Source: a virus
IMG/VR virus record: IMGVR_UViG_3300028821_000038
Span: 98,315 to 162,314 of that record
DNA length: 64,000 nt
Strand: one strand, 5' to 3'
The position numbers were made by a program, and so were the translations under genes. Positions 47,519-57,535 of this stretch are shown in pieces; within the stretch, counting starts at the first letter, position 1, and each line of letters opens with the position of its first letter. A model generated the notes under the pieces. The model saw only the letters and a list, made by a program, of their open reading frames with translations. It had not been told where the DNA came from and did no database searches.

Positions 47519-48025
47519 CTACGCAAAATCCTTCGAATATTTACCGAGTAGAAATAAAAGCCTTTCTTTACTTTTGTCGTCAACTTCATGGGAAAGTATA
47601 AGATTCAATAGAAAGAGTTCATTTTGCTTGAGGAAACTTAAAGCCTCTTTTTTAATCTCTTCACGTGCGTCCCTTACTTCTTTCCAGAAATCAAGATCGG
47701 TTGTGACATAATGAGGTAAATTCTGTTCAACAAGTCCTTCTAAGAGCTCGGTCGTTATATTAATTCGATATTTTAATTTAAGAGATTCTAAAATCGAATT
47801 GAAAACTTGTTGTCTATCTTGAAACAGATAAAATGTTAATTTTTTATACACCTCATCAATTTTATTTTTTGGATCCATTTTCTCTCCTTTTTTGTGATCA
47901 ATTTGGTCTTTGGTGTTAGGGGTGCCTTCTTGGATGGGGGATATCTCGTTATTTATTAGAACTTCAGCATGTGAAACGGGGCAGCTAAGCGTGTGTCTTA
48001 TTTGGGATATATCTTTATTCGTCAT
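47519..48025 (-). CDS. hypothetical protein
   Basis: TAATG coupling at 48025; alternative internal start MDPKNK with AGGAG RBS. Confidence 0.55.
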   Translation of the reverse strand: MTNKDISQIRHTLSCPVSHAEVLINNEISPIQEGTPNTKDQIDHKKGEKMDPKNKIDEVYKKLTFYLFQDRQQVFNSILESLKLKYRINITTELLEGLVEQNLPHYVTTDLDFWKEVRDAREEIKKEALSFLKQNELFLLNLILSHEVDDKSKERLLFLLGKYSKDFA

Positions 48026-48450
48026 TATTTCTCTAATTTCTTTACTGCTTCTTTCGCCCACTCTGGGTACTCCCCTTCAAACGGTGCATAATGGTCAAAC
48101 TCGCCAGCGTTCCTTTGTCCGTTGTTTGCGTTATATGTTGCACAATTCACCGCATCATAAAATTTTAATATTCTACCAAACTCTGTATTATCGTCCCAAC
48201 ACCATACGAGCTCTTTATCTTGAGGAATCCACTCTTCCCAAGCAATATCCATTTCAGATATTCCAGAAAGAGTTATCCGCCCATCATGAGTAAATTTTAT
48301 CATAGTCCACTCATTAAGCCTTTTTGTATATAATGCTCCGTGAATTGGGTAGTCTCCTCCCGCAGTTGTATTGTATATCTGAACAGGTCGCCCGTCTCCT
48401 AAATAGTATTTTTTGCCTACTTCAATAGGGAGTCTAACTGGTATCTTCAT
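48025..48450 (-). CDS. hypothetical protein, tandem paralog
   Basis: MKIPVRLPIEVGKKYY...DKELVWCWD...HYAPFEGE.PEWAKE. Confidence 0.75.
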   Translation of the reverse strand: MKIPVRLPIEVGKKYYLGDGRPVQIYNTTAGGDYPIHGALYTKRLNEWTMIKFTHDGRITLSGISEMDIAWEEWIPQDKELVWCWDDNTEFGRILKFYDAVNCATYNANNGQRNAGEFDHYAPFEGEYPEWAKEAVKKLEK

Positions 48451-48452
48451 AA

Positions 48453-48893
48453 TCAATCCTCCAATTTCTTTACAGTTTCTTTCGCCCATTCGGGATGCTC
48501 TCCCTCAAACGGAGCGTAGTGCTCATACTCACCTCCGTCCCTTTCTCCAGTCATTGTGAATATACATTGATTCACTGCATCATAAAATCCTAAAACTCTG
48601 CCAGCAATATAACCTTTGTCCCAACACCACACCAACTCTTTATCAGAAGGAGTCCACTCCTCATACATTATATTTGTTCGTTCCTCCCAACCATTTTGAC
48701 ATTTTCCTTCACAAGAAAAGGCTTTCTCAATCCATAGTTTCTCACATTTTTCAAAGACTGCTCCATGAATTGGAAAGACTCCTCCAGCGTCCGTTGCGTA
48801 GATGCGCACTTCTCTTCCGTCTTCCGTGTAGTATTTCTTCCCTACCTCAATAGGGAATTTAACTGGTATCTTCATTAGTGTATCATAGAACAT
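48453..48893 (-). CDS. hypothetical protein, tandem paralog
   Basis: MKIPVKFPIEVGKKYY...DKELVWCWD...HYAPFEGE.PEWAKE. Confidence 0.75.
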   Translation of the reverse strand: MFYDTLMKIPVKFPIEVGKKYYTEDGREVRIYATDAGGVFPIHGAVFEKCEKLWIEKAFSCEGKCQNGWEERTNIMYEEWTPSDKELVWCWDKGYIAGRVLGFYDAVNQCIFTMTGERDGGEYEHYAPFEGEHPEWAKETVKKLED

Positions 48894-48911
48894 CTTTACT
48901 CCTTTTTTAAC

Positions 48912-49220
48912 TCATTCTCCGCTCGACTCTTTAAAGTTTTCACAGTATCCCTCGGGATTTTTTTGAATATTATAGAGTTCACAATGCCAGATTTGTTTGC
49001 CCTCGACCCCCTTTCCTTCTAATATTATTTTTGAGCAATGTCCACAATCTTTACAGACTGCCTTCTTGTTAGACTCCTTGTCAAGATATAGGCGATATTC
49101 TCCTACTTTGAAGGGAGTCTGTTTGTCTTTTTGCTCCAAGAGGCTCAACACATCCTTGGCAAGTTCCATCAGCTCATCTACTTTCAACTTACCAAATAGT
49201 TCAATAAGTTCCATCATCAT
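48912..49220 (-). CDS. Cys-rich (Zn-binding) protein, paralog of 57081-57524
   Basis: PFKVGEYRLYLDKES; CKDCGHC...C...GYCE. Confidence 0.7.
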   Translation of the reverse strand: MMMELIELFGKLKVDELMELAKDVLSLLEQKDKQTPFKVGEYRLYLDKESNKKAVCKDCGHCSKIILEGKGVEGKQIWHCELYNIQKNPEGYCENFKESSGE

Positions 49221-49317
49221 CCTCCTTTTTGTGTTTCTAATCTTTTTGTCTTATTATATTACTCACATAAGTTGGTGGTTACCATAGTGGTATTTTTACA
49301 CCATTCTACCCACAATC

Positions 49318-49608
49318 TTATCCTAAACTCCACTCGATTTTGTCAAGACTCATTATATAGTTTTGATGAGATTCCACTGTTATTTTCATTGCATCAACAT
49401 CTTCCGAAGAGTGAAATGCTCCCTGTGTGTGTGACTTGACCCATGCTAGATATAGAGCACGGGTATCTTTCCAGTGCCTCTTTTTGTACTCTCCCTTCTT
49501 ATTTTTTTTGTAACTATATAGGCACATTTCTGTTACCCATGTAGGGGTTTGCCACAGGTTTACTTCCTCTCCGGTCTTCTTGACCGTGGCCTCTAAATTC
49601 ATGCTCAT
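49318..49608 (-). CDS. hypothetical protein
   Basis: AGGAG RBS, coupled. Confidence 0.65.
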   Translation of the reverse strand: MSMNLEATVKKTGEEVNLWQTPTWVTEMCLYSYKKNKKGEYKKRHWKDTRALYLAWVKSHTQGAFHSSEDVDAMKITVESHQNYIMSLDKIEWSLG

Positions 49609-50207
49609 ATTGTCTCCTTTCTATAGTGTTCTATTAGCTTTTGTCGAAGCTCCTCTATTGATGATGGGATTGTAGTATCTTTTGTTTTCAACACAAAAGG
49701 TTGGGCTACCCTTGTTAAGGTGAATCCGTTATCCCAAAATTTTGCATCACACCCATCCGAGATATAGTCAAATACTTTGTAGAATATTTGACCTTTCACC
49801 ACTGTATAGCTGTGGAATATCTTTAGGGATATTCCCGTTGCGGTCTCAATAAATACCCAATCAAATTTTTTAAGCGGGAGTTTGTTAAACATCTCCTCTG
49901 CTTTCTGCTCAGAGATTTTCCCCCTTTCTTGCATAATAGGCAGAGTGTAACCCTCTGCAAATTTTAAAGGTACTCTGAGACCTTTGTAGGGTTCTCTCCA
50001 GACAGCCAAAGTGTCAAGGTTGTTAAACTTAAAATTTTCCCAAGATTGGGCGGCCGTCTTGTCAGCCCACACTCTCTTAAACTCCTCTTCGGTCATTAGA
50101 TATGACCACACCTCATCCTCTTCCTTCATTGAAAAAGCAATATAGGTAGTTCCTTCATCATTTATAAAGTAACCCTCAAAATTTTGTATTCTTTCTATCA
50201 TTAGCAT
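49605..50207 (-). CDS. hypothetical protein, paralog of 57759-58376
   Basis: FDWVFIET...FDYISDGCD. Confidence 0.7.
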   Translation of the reverse strand: MLMIERIQNFEGYFINDEGTTYIAFSMKEEDEVWSYLMTEEEFKRVWADKTAAQSWENFKFNNLDTLAVWREPYKGLRVPLKFAEGYTLPIMQERGKISEQKAEEMFNKLPLKKFDWVFIETATGISLKIFHSYTVVKGQIFYKVFDYISDGCDAKFWDNGFTLTRVAQPFVLKTKDTTIPSSIEELRQKLIEHYRKETI

Positions 50208-50302
50208 TTCTTACTCCTTCAAAAAAATTTATAACAGGGTTGGCGGATTTCTCCGCAACTCTCTTCCGGTTGTTTAGGAGAGTGCAATTCGGAGATATTT
50301 TC

Positions 50303-50617
50303 TTAAATCTCCTCCACTTCTTTCTGTTCTTCATCCTCCTTACATATGGTAAAAGATTGCTTTATTTCTTTTATAACCATTATTAATATATACAGAAGAA
50401 TTATGATTATTCCAATATCCTTATAGTATCCAAAAGACGATGATGCTTGTGTCGCTATTGTTATACCAAACAGGTGCACGGCAATGTACCCTATTCCAGC
50501 GAAAATAATACTTAATGCAAGTATTATTAATATTGTAAATATAGCTATTTTGATAATCTCTTTGATTGTTTCTACAGAACTCTTTAAAAATTTTCTCCAT
50601 TTGAATGAACAGTTCAT
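50303..50617 (-). CDS. two-TM membrane protein
   Basis: Two long Ile-rich helices. Confidence 0.65.
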   Translation of the reverse strand: MNCSFKWRKFLKSSVETIKEIIKIAIFTILIILALSIIFAGIGYIAVHLFGITIATQASSSFGYYKDIGIIIILLYILIMVIKEIKQSFTICKEDEEQKEVEEI

Positions 50618-50655
50618 TTTTTTTCCTTAATGATTTGGTGTATCAGTATGCGCAA

Positions 50656-51321
50656 CTATGTCTCTTGTTGACTCTTCAGTTTCTCCAGTTCGTCCTCTAT
50701 GTACTTTATATATTTTTTAAAAGTCTTATAGTGTATCATCTGCCCGCCCTTGCCACACTGTGGGCTTATCAACTTATTAAGCCTATTCATGACTGTAGAC
50801 AGTTGCTTAATAAGTATAAACTCTGTAGCACTCAGCCCAAATTTATCTAAGAGGCGTTTCAGTAATAGTCCTGCCTCTGGCATGGAGCTCTCGTCGTATA
50901 TGCAGTCCTCTTGTAACAAGGTGTTTAGGGCGGTATGCTTGAACATCATTACCCCAACCTTGAATTCGCCAGCACAAGAAACAAGTTCTCGCTCTACTGC
51001 GCGAGCGATATACTTAATGCCGTCTTCTTTTGTCAGGCCATGGGGCTCTTCCTTCATTATTAAGAGTCGAGTATCTATAAGATTAAAGAATATCTTTTCA
51101 AATTTTGATACCGATTCCGTTGCCTTTATATTCGAGAATGTACCATATCCGTCGTACTCCCCAGTCATGATAGGACTAGCTATGTAAAACATACTCTCTG
51201 GGTAGCAAACTCCCGAAGCATCTATTTCTTTTTTTCGTTGTTCTATGAATATAAAGTCTACCTTTTCCCCCTCTAAGATCGGGAGTTGTGTTATTGCGCA
51301 GGTTCCGTTCCAGCATCCCAT
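50656..51321 (-). CDS. phage hypothetical protein
   Basis: AGGAGG RBS; MGCWNGTCAITQLPI...PIMTGEYDGYG. Confidence 0.7.
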   Translation of the reverse strand: MGCWNGTCAITQLPILEGEKVDFIFIEQRKKEIDASGVCYPESMFYIASPIMTGEYDGYGTFSNIKATESVSKFEKIFFNLIDTRLLIMKEEPHGLTKEDGIKYIARAVERELVSCAGEFKVGVMMFKHTALNTLLQEDCIYDESSMPEAGLLLKRLLDKFGLSATEFILIKQLSTVMNRLNKLISPQCGKGGQMIHYKTFKKYIKYIEDELEKLKSQQET

Positions 51322-51469
51322 AGTACCTCCTTTATATGATGTCGTATGCGTATGACTTTCTGTATTCGTCAATATTTTTTCTAGCTCGTTTTGCTCTAAT
51401 TTTTTTTAGCCTTTTTTTCTCTTTTGAAATAGAAAAAGTGGCACCACCCCAACAGATAAAGCTCTATCA

Positions 51470-52123
51470 TTATTTATCCTTTACATTATATTTCAGCCCA
51501 TCCTCCTTTGTGTGTTTTTTGGACTTTTGAAATCCCATTATCGCATAATTCAAAATGTCCACAAACATATCTGGATTATTTTCCACCTCCTTGGCTATCT
51601 TTGCTAGGAATTTTGTTTTTTCGCTGTAGTCCATCTTTACTATATTGTCGTTAATATAAATAGAGCCATGCTCATCATCTTGCACATCACTCCATTTTAA
51701 GTGGCCATTTACAATACCATTTCTTGGCGCAATAATCTTGTCTATAAGATACTGCATCCATTCAATATAATGATAAAAACCTCTGGTTGGATCCCTTGTG
51801 ATGTACATCACATTTTCATCTGTGGAATCAACAACCCAATGGAGCCACAGGCTGGGTTGAGTGACAGGTGGTATGTTTGGCTCGACAACACTTGGATCAT
51901 TGAAGTTTTGACCACAACATGCTTGCCAGGGCCATTTGTAGTCGGGGTAGAACAATTCCCCTTGTACCCCATATTCCTCTGAGGGCTTAGGCAAATATTC
52001 TTCAACCTTTGTTAGGTCTCTAGCCATCCTTCTGGTGCGAGCAAGGCCATTGATAAGTTTTGCAGCCTCATCGCAATCACTTTTTGTCTTGAAAGTTGCT
52101 ATTATTTTCCCTGTGATCATCAT
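51470..52123 (-). CDS. hypothetical protein, paralog of 52600-53136
   Basis: INGLARTRRMARDL; PP..QP.LWL.W; FY.Y.EWM.Y. Confidence 0.75.
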   Translation of the reverse strand: MMITGKIIATFKTKSDCDEAAKLINGLARTRRMARDLTKVEEYLPKPSEEYGVQGELFYPDYKWPWQACCGQNFNDPSVVEPNIPPVTQPSLWLHWVVDSTDENVMYITRDPTRGFYHYIEWMQYLIDKIIAPRNGIVNGHLKWSDVQDDEHGSIYINDNIVKMDYSEKTKFLAKIAKEVENNPDMFVDILNYAIMGFQKSKKHTKEDGLKYNVKDK

Positions 52124-52136
52124 TGCGTTATTCCTT

Positions 52137-52589
52137 TTAGTTTTTATGCACTTCATCACCACAGCACTCGATGAAGCCAAATGAGGCTTCCATCTCCTCG
52201 TGTGGGATGCTATACTCAATAAGTATCTCCTTAAGCTTTATATGATCTTTGCTATTTTCCATATTTTTGTGCTCAAGGATACGCTTACTTCCTTGTTGGA
52301 CCATATCGATGGCGAACAGGGCGCCAATATCTTTGACATACATAAACTGTACATCTTCTCTGGAGCTCTCCGATAGGGCAGACTCTAGTATCTCAGGGAT
52401 AGTAAAGTCTGCTGATAGTTTTTTCTTTTTCAACATACCTCTGCATTTATTGCAATACAAGCCATCTAATTTTTTTTTAAAATTATCGCAGAATTTATTT
52501 ATGCAGGTATTGCGAGTGCATTGTGTTGATATTATCGGGGATTTTATTTTGAATATTTTTCCCGAAACTACAGTAGTATAGATTTCCAT
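52137..52589 (-). CDS. Cys-containing hypothetical protein
   Basis: AAGGA RBS; CTRNTC..C, CNKC. Confidence 0.6.
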   Translation of the reverse strand: MEIYTTVVSGKIFKIKSPIISTQCTRNTCINKFCDNFKKKLDGLYCNKCRGMLKKKKLSADFTIPEILESALSESSREDVQFMYVKDIGALFAIDMVQQGSKRILEHKNMENSKDHIKLKEILIEYSIPHEEMEASFGFIECCGDEVHKN

Positions 52590-52599
52590 TTTTCCTTCC

Positions 52600-53136
52600 T
52601 TAATCATAAGTAATGCATTCATACTCTACTTTAACAGTATTGTCTTCGTGGAGTACTATTGAGCCTATATCGTAACAATCATCTCCACGCCACTTAATAG
52701 TGCCATTGGCTACCCCTCCTCTTGGGGTGATAATTCTATCGATGATGTATTTCATCCATTCTACATAATTGTAGAATTTTTCATTTCCGTCCCACTCTAT
52801 TGCCATTTTAAGGTCGTCATCCTCAGATGGCTTAGCGACCCACTGCAACCAATCCCCTGGCTGACTTCTTGGTGGACGCATTTCGACAACACTAGGATCT
52901 GTGGCGTCCTGCCCGCAATACAACCACCATGGCCATTCTTCGGTCGGATAGAAAAACTCACCATCCTCTCCGTACTCAGTCCACGGCACAGGAAGGTGCT
53001 CTTGTACCTTAGATAGGTCACGCCTCATTCGGCGTGTACCTGCAAGGCCATTGATTACCTCTGCGGCGCTGTCTCTGTTATTTTTGTCTTTAAATATGAC
53101 CTCTACGCGTCCGCTGAATGTTGTATCGTATCCCAT
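52600..53136 (-). CDS. hypothetical protein, paralog of 51470-52123
   Basis: MGYDTTFSG; INGLAGTRRMRRDL; WDGNEKFYNYVEWMKY. Confidence 0.75.
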   Translation of the reverse strand: MGYDTTFSGRVEVIFKDKNNRDSAAEVINGLAGTRRMRRDLSKVQEHLPVPWTEYGEDGEFFYPTEEWPWWLYCGQDATDPSVVEMRPPRSQPGDWLQWVAKPSEDDDLKMAIEWDGNEKFYNYVEWMKYIIDRIITPRGGVANGTIKWRGDDCYDIGSIVLHEDNTVKVEYECITYD

Positions 53137-53255
53137 TTTATTTCTCCTCTATATCAATGTGGCTTAAGATATATACCTTTCACTGGATATATGTATCCAT
53201 TAGTGCTCTTGTTTGTATATTTTAGTCCATTTATTTTGATGGACGCCTCTTCTAC

Positions 53256-53576
53256 TTAACACCCGTTCACGAAAGGAACATAACTAACCACTTTCCCACA
53301 TTTAGAGCATGTATATAGTGAACACCCTGCGTTCCAATTTTCACCCATGTTGCACCGCCCGTCATCCTCGGCCTCGTCTCTTATTATATCCATACCAAGA
53401 TCCTCTGAGGCTTTTTTTCTTAAGTCCTCATCGTAGTATCTGCTGCGCTCCTCGATATTGAGATTTTCTAATTGTTCATCATATATCCGATATCCATTAT
53501 GAACACAATTATCACACGTGTAAGTAATATCGATCAGCATTTTTTCCGATCCACATTCACATTTCAGTCTTGACAT
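53256..53576 (-). CDS. zinc-ribbon protein
   Basis: CECG, CDNC, CSKCG. Confidence 0.65.
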   Translation of the reverse strand: MSRLKCECGSEKMLIDITYTCDNCVHNGYRIYDEQLENLNIEERSRYYDEDLRKKASEDLGMDIIRDEAEDDGRCNMGENWNAGCSLYTCSKCGKVVSYVPFVNGC

Positions 53577-53611
53577 TTTTGTTATCCTTCGTTTGGTGTT
53601 GTATACTTACA

Positions 53612-53998
53612 TCAATTTTCATTACAGATCTCCTCAACCAAGTCATATTCGTGCTCTTCATATCCTAGATAGTGTCCATTTTCCATCCAAGAAATAGCTC
53701 TTGAGATGCCCTCCATGGAACCTCTAAAACGGTAAGAAGTTATATTTTGTATTTTGGATTCTATGAAAACTTCCTTTCCTCCTCTAGTTTTGTAGTAATG
53801 TCCTACTTTAACCTCTACTCCCGCCACTTTTACATCAATGACTCGGCTCATAGTTATGTTGTAGCGCCCATCATTACTGATTATAGCTGACTCATCAATA
53901 GTCTGCTCTTGCAACTCCTCCATAATTCTCTGGAGTCCCTCTTCGGTATCATATTTAACCTCATACTCAACTACTTGAATTATTTTTCTCTTCTTCAT
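53612..53998 (-). CDS. hypothetical protein
   Basis: GGAGG RBS; C-terminal VGHYYKTRGG...DLVEE domain resembling 48025/48453 N-termini. Confidence 0.65.
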   Translation of the reverse strand: MKKRKIIQVVEYEVKYDTEEGLQRIMEELQEQTIDESAIISNDGRYNITMSRVIDVKVAGVEVKVGHYYKTRGGKEVFIESKIQNITSYRFRGSMEGISRAISWMENGHYLGYEEHEYDLVEEICNEN

Positions 53999-54017
53999 TG
54001 GGTTCCCTCCTCTTTCT

Positions 54018-54821
54018 TTATGATATAAAATTTGACGCTTCAATCCACTCTGTGAGTCCGTTGGACAGTTTTTTGACCACAAAGGTCCTCCCTGCTATAT
54101 CTGCATATCGTGAACCGTATATCTTTACGGCATCACGAAACTCTCGTGAATATTCTGCATCAAAATCGTTTTGGCAGGCAATATCCGCCTTGCTGGGGTA
54201 TATAGAGGGAGAGAGATTGTGAAAAATTAGCGCTTTGCTGAGCCATTTGTTTGTTTTTTGCATAATAGTTGACTCGAGCAGGAAATTAGCCTTTGTGTCG
54301 CCACTGATGGCAATCACCACATCATAGCTACACCTTAATATCACGCTATAGCTTTCGCTCTTATAGACGCATTGGATGCTGTCTATTGTTCGTATATCTC
54401 CCATATTTTGTGTGCCAAACGAGTTTATATCATTAGTCGCTATTGAATATAAATTTATAAAATGTTTTTTATGCGTCGAAGATGATATATATTCAGTCTG
54501 TGTGTCCTTGATTAGCTCTTTCATTAATTCTGGATTAGGACACACTATACTGACATGAGAATCCTTATTGATATATTTTTTAAACTTCAATAAAGCTCTC
54601 AGTGAGCCCATATGTTCATCATCTATTCTTGGGATGATAATGATTTTTATGTTATTTATGAACCCATCATAGTAGCGGTTGAGCTCTTTTAGCTTATGGA
54701 ACACATTGTATCCACATCCCACAAGTACCGCACTGTTTCCTGACTTGATATAGAAAGATGGATTTGTTAAATCTGAGTCAAAAACACCTCCATCGCCTAC
54801 CACATGCACCTTTAGATCCAT
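54018..54821 (-). CDS. metallo-beta-lactamase-fold protein with degenerate metal motif
   Basis: VGDGGVF..TNPSF..LVGCG..IIIPRIDDEHMGSL..ISGDT..LIFH. Confidence 0.65.
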   Translation of the reverse strand: MDLKVHVVGDGGVFDSDLTNPSFYIKSGNSAVLVGCGYNVFHKLKELNRYYDGFINNIKIIIIPRIDDEHMGSLRALLKFKKYINKDSHVSIVCPNPELMKELIKDTQTEYISSSTHKKHFINLYSIATNDINSFGTQNMGDIRTIDSIQCVYKSESYSVILRCSYDVVIAISGDTKANFLLESTIMQKTNKWLSKALIFHNLSPSIYPSKADIACQNDFDAEYSREFRDAVKIYGSRYADIAGRTFVVKKLSNGLTEWIEASNFIS

Positions 54822-54960
54822 ACTTGTTCCTCCTTCTTTTTTTAAGTTTTTCTTCATATTTTTTCTTCTCGAATTCTTTTTGGGCATCTATATACAGAAA
54901 GTAGACGCTAACTGTAATAATTTCCCATATTACAACGAGAAACACACTTAGAAGACTCAT
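54778..54960 (-). CDS. small single-TM protein
   Basis: MSLLSVFLVVIWEIITVSVYFLY plus basic tail. Confidence 0.5.
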   Translation of the reverse strand: MSLLSVFLVVIWEIITVSVYFLYIDAQKEFEKKKYEEKLKKRRRNKYGSKGACGRRWRCF

Positions 54961-54994
54961 TGGTAATCCTTTTTTGTAAATTTGACTACCAATA

Positions 54995-55189
54995 TTATAT
55001 ATCATAAACCGGGACATATTGTGAGTGTTTGTTGGATATACAATCCTTGTAATCCAACATCCATACCATAGTGTCCGGCATCTTGTGATGTCCAAGATAC
55101 CGCAGGCAAATGGTTTTCTTTGTGCAGTCTTCTCCTTTGCAATATGTGAAGTCTAGACTTGGAAATCTTATATTGTTTCTCTTTTCCAT
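54995..55189 (-). CDS. small Cys-rich protein
   Basis: DFTYCKGEDC.KK..CLRY. Confidence 0.6.
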   Translation of the reverse strand: MEKRNNIRFPSLDFTYCKGEDCTKKTICLRYLGHHKMPDTMVWMLDYKDCISNKHSQYVPVYDI

Positions 55190-55764
55190 TGGTTATCTTT
55201 TGTTGTCTTCTCTATTATCTCTTTTGGTATGTACCATGGCACATCATTGGTTTCTCTAATGTATGCGTCTCTTAAAGGGTATACCTCGATAATTCTGTCT
55301 TGAGGCATTTCATCTTCCATGCTAGGAGTAAACCCCCCAGTGCATTTGATGTTTCCATCTGCATCAACTCCAAACTCCTCTTTCATTTTTTCCCATTTTT
55401 TTATTTTAACTTTCATTTTTCCTCCTCTATCACTTTTTAAATCATAATCCATAGCCCTGCCTTCGCGAATCAACAGGAGTTTGTCTATGAATGAGAGTAG
55501 TTCATCTCTACCATCGCCACTCATTCCCGTGATCATAAAATCCCTCACTTTGCGTATCTCTTCTTTGTCCGGAATGCCGATCTCATCCATTATAATAGAT
55601 GAGAGCCTTTGTGTCCCTTCTTTTTTAAGCTCCTCCACGATATCAAACCTTGCAGCATCTACTTCTTCTTTGGAGATAGATAGATCTACACTTGCAGAGG
55701 GACGCATCCTATACAAGATGTGCCCACCTTTTTCTACTTTTGTTTCATCAATCTCTAACATCAC
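55168..55764 (-). CDS. hypothetical protein, apparent two-gene fusion
   Basis: Internal GGAGG RBS and ATG at 55416 starting MKVKIKKWEKM, paralog of 57536-57775. Confidence 0.65.
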   Translation of the reverse strand: MMLEIDETKVEKGGHILYRMRPSASVDLSISKEEVDAARFDIVEELKKEGTQRLSSIIMDEIGIPDKEEIRKVRDFMITGMSGDGRDELLSFIDKLLLIREGRAMDYDLKSDRGGKMKVKIKKWEKMKEEFGVDADGNIKCTGGFTPSMEDEMPQDRIIEVYPLRDAYIRETNDVPWYIPKEIIEKTTKDNQWKRETI

Positions 55765-55776
55765 TCCCCTTTTTCA

Positions 55777-56109
55777 TCAACCAATATCATGTTTCCTAGG
55801 ATTTATCTCTTCTTCATAGTCACTATATTCTGCAAGAGCACTCGTTAATTCTTTCATTTTTGACTTTGCGAGTCCTCTGTAGAACATAAGCGAATCTTTG
55901 TTTATTTTTGATAGCAACCCCATAAGCTCTTCACTTAGCTCTGGAGAGCTTGTTTCAATACAATAATCAGGTTCTCTTGTAGAGTCACCACCTTTGTACA
56001 CCTCTATTGTGAGGCCGGCTCCAGAAAAAAACTTTCTTGTTTTTGTGTCGTTATCTATTTTTTTCTGCATAGCAATACACTCTTTTAGCTTTTGTGCTAT
56101 ATTGTACAT
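55777..56109 (-). CDS. hypothetical protein
   Basis: GGAG RBS. Confidence 0.6.
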   Translation of the reverse strand: MYNIAQKLKECIAMQKKIDNDTKTRKFFSGAGLTIEVYKGGDSTREPDYCIETSSPELSEELMGLLSKINKDSLMFYRGLAKSKMKELTSALAEYSDYEEEINPRKHDIG

Positions 56110-56125
56110 TTTTTCCTCCCAATCT

Positions 56126-56344
56126 TTACATTTTAATGTCTAGGAGTATGGAAATCTCCTTATAAGGACAATTGTTCTTGTGTCTCATCTCAACAATGTC
56201 GAGACAAAACCGTGGGGTTGTTTGGCCGCATAACGGACAAATAGATACAGTCTTATACTGAGGATAGGTGCGTATAGGACTGATGCCCTTAGCCATTTTC
56301 ATAAATTTTGTTCCCAGTTCTCCCAGTTCCTTGGATTCTGCCAT
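56126..56344 (-). CDS. small Zn-finger-like protein
   Basis: CPLCG...H...C. Confidence 0.6.
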   Translation of the reverse strand: MAESKELGELGTKFMKMAKGISPIRTYPQYKTVSICPLCGQTTPRFCLDIVEMRHKNNCPYKEISILLDIKM

Positions 56345-56379
56345 TTTTACTTTTCTCCTTTCTTTTTTATTGTTTGGTT

Positions 56380-56879
56380 TTATACTTCGACCCATATTGG
56401 GCCTCCTCCCGACATTTCTTTTGTTGTAAATGTCTTTAATGCCAGATTTGAGGAATTAGAGCCATATGGCATTATTGCTTCCCGAAACTCTTTTGAATAC
56501 TCTGCTTCAATGTCATTTTGACAAGCAATATCAGACCTGCTCGGATATTTTGAAGAGGACAGGACATGAAAGACAAGCGCGTGACTGAGCCAATTCTTAG
56601 ATTCTGCCCTGACAGCCGACTCAAACAGCAGGTTAGCTTTAGTGTCACCACTGATCGCAATGACTGCTGGCTTGTTACTATAGGTGCTTAGCACCACACC
56701 ATAGCTTTTGCTTTTGTAGACACCCTTAATGGGTGTGTGTCGTCTAACAATTTCAGCATGAGTTCTGAATCAGGGGACATCACAGTTATGTGACAGTCTT
56801 CGTCTATATGCCTCTTGTATTTCAACAAAGCTCTTAGCGAACCCATATGTTCGTCGTCCATCCTGTGATACTTATCCAT
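56380..56879 (-). pseudogene. fragmented copy of the MBL-fold gene at 54018-54821
   Basis: DDEHMGSLRALLK and VIAISGDTKAN...DIACQND.AEYS in different frames; N-terminus and middle missing. Confidence 0.75.
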
Positions 56880-57080
56880 TTTCCAAGTGTTGTTTCCGAT
56901 ACGCTACACCCGTCATCGACATATAAACACACTATCTTAAATGTTCTGCCGATTACCTCTATTGTTTCACTCATAATTCATCCTTCTTGCTTGTTATGCA
57001 AAAACATTGCTACAGCTTACCAATTTCACCATAAAGCCACAGATTAGAACCTTCTGAGATTATTAGATAGTCCCAACCTA

Positions 57081-57524
57081 TTATTGAAAATCATTTCGTT
57101 TGTATCTATCATACCGGTTCTTGAAGCTTTCGCAGTAGCCTTCAGCATTTTTTTTGATATTGTACAGGTCACAATACCAAAATTTTCTACCCTCAACCCC
57201 CTTCCCTTGTAGTGTCATCCTTGAGGAATGTCCACAATCTTTGCAGGACACCTTTTCTCTTACTTCGTCAGCAAGATACCGCTTTATAATTTCATCCAGA
57301 CTCACTACATTATCAAGTTCTGCATCGAGAATGTTTTTAGCATTCCTCCTGTTGATTGCTTTGGTGATCCTTTTGGATTCCTTGTCGAGGTATAGGCGAT
57401 ACTCACCTACCTTGAAGGGGGGGTGTTTGTCTTTTTGCTCAAGGAGGCTCAACACTTCCTTGGCATGCTCCATCAACTCGTCCGCTTCCATCCTACCTAG
57501 TAAGTCAATTAGTTTCATCGTCAT
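57081..57524 (-). CDS. Cys-rich protein, paralog of 48912-49220 with an insertion
   Basis: PFKVGEYRLYLDKES; CKDCGH; GKGVEG. Confidence 0.7.
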   Translation of the reverse strand: MTMKLIDLLGRMEADELMEHAKEVLSLLEQKDKHPPFKVGEYRLYLDKESKRITKAINRRNAKNILDAELDNVVSLDEIIKRYLADEVREKVSCKDCGHSSRMTLQGKGVEGRKFWYCDLYNIKKNAEGYCESFKNRYDRYKRNDFQ

Positions 57525-57535
57525 CCTTTTCCCTC

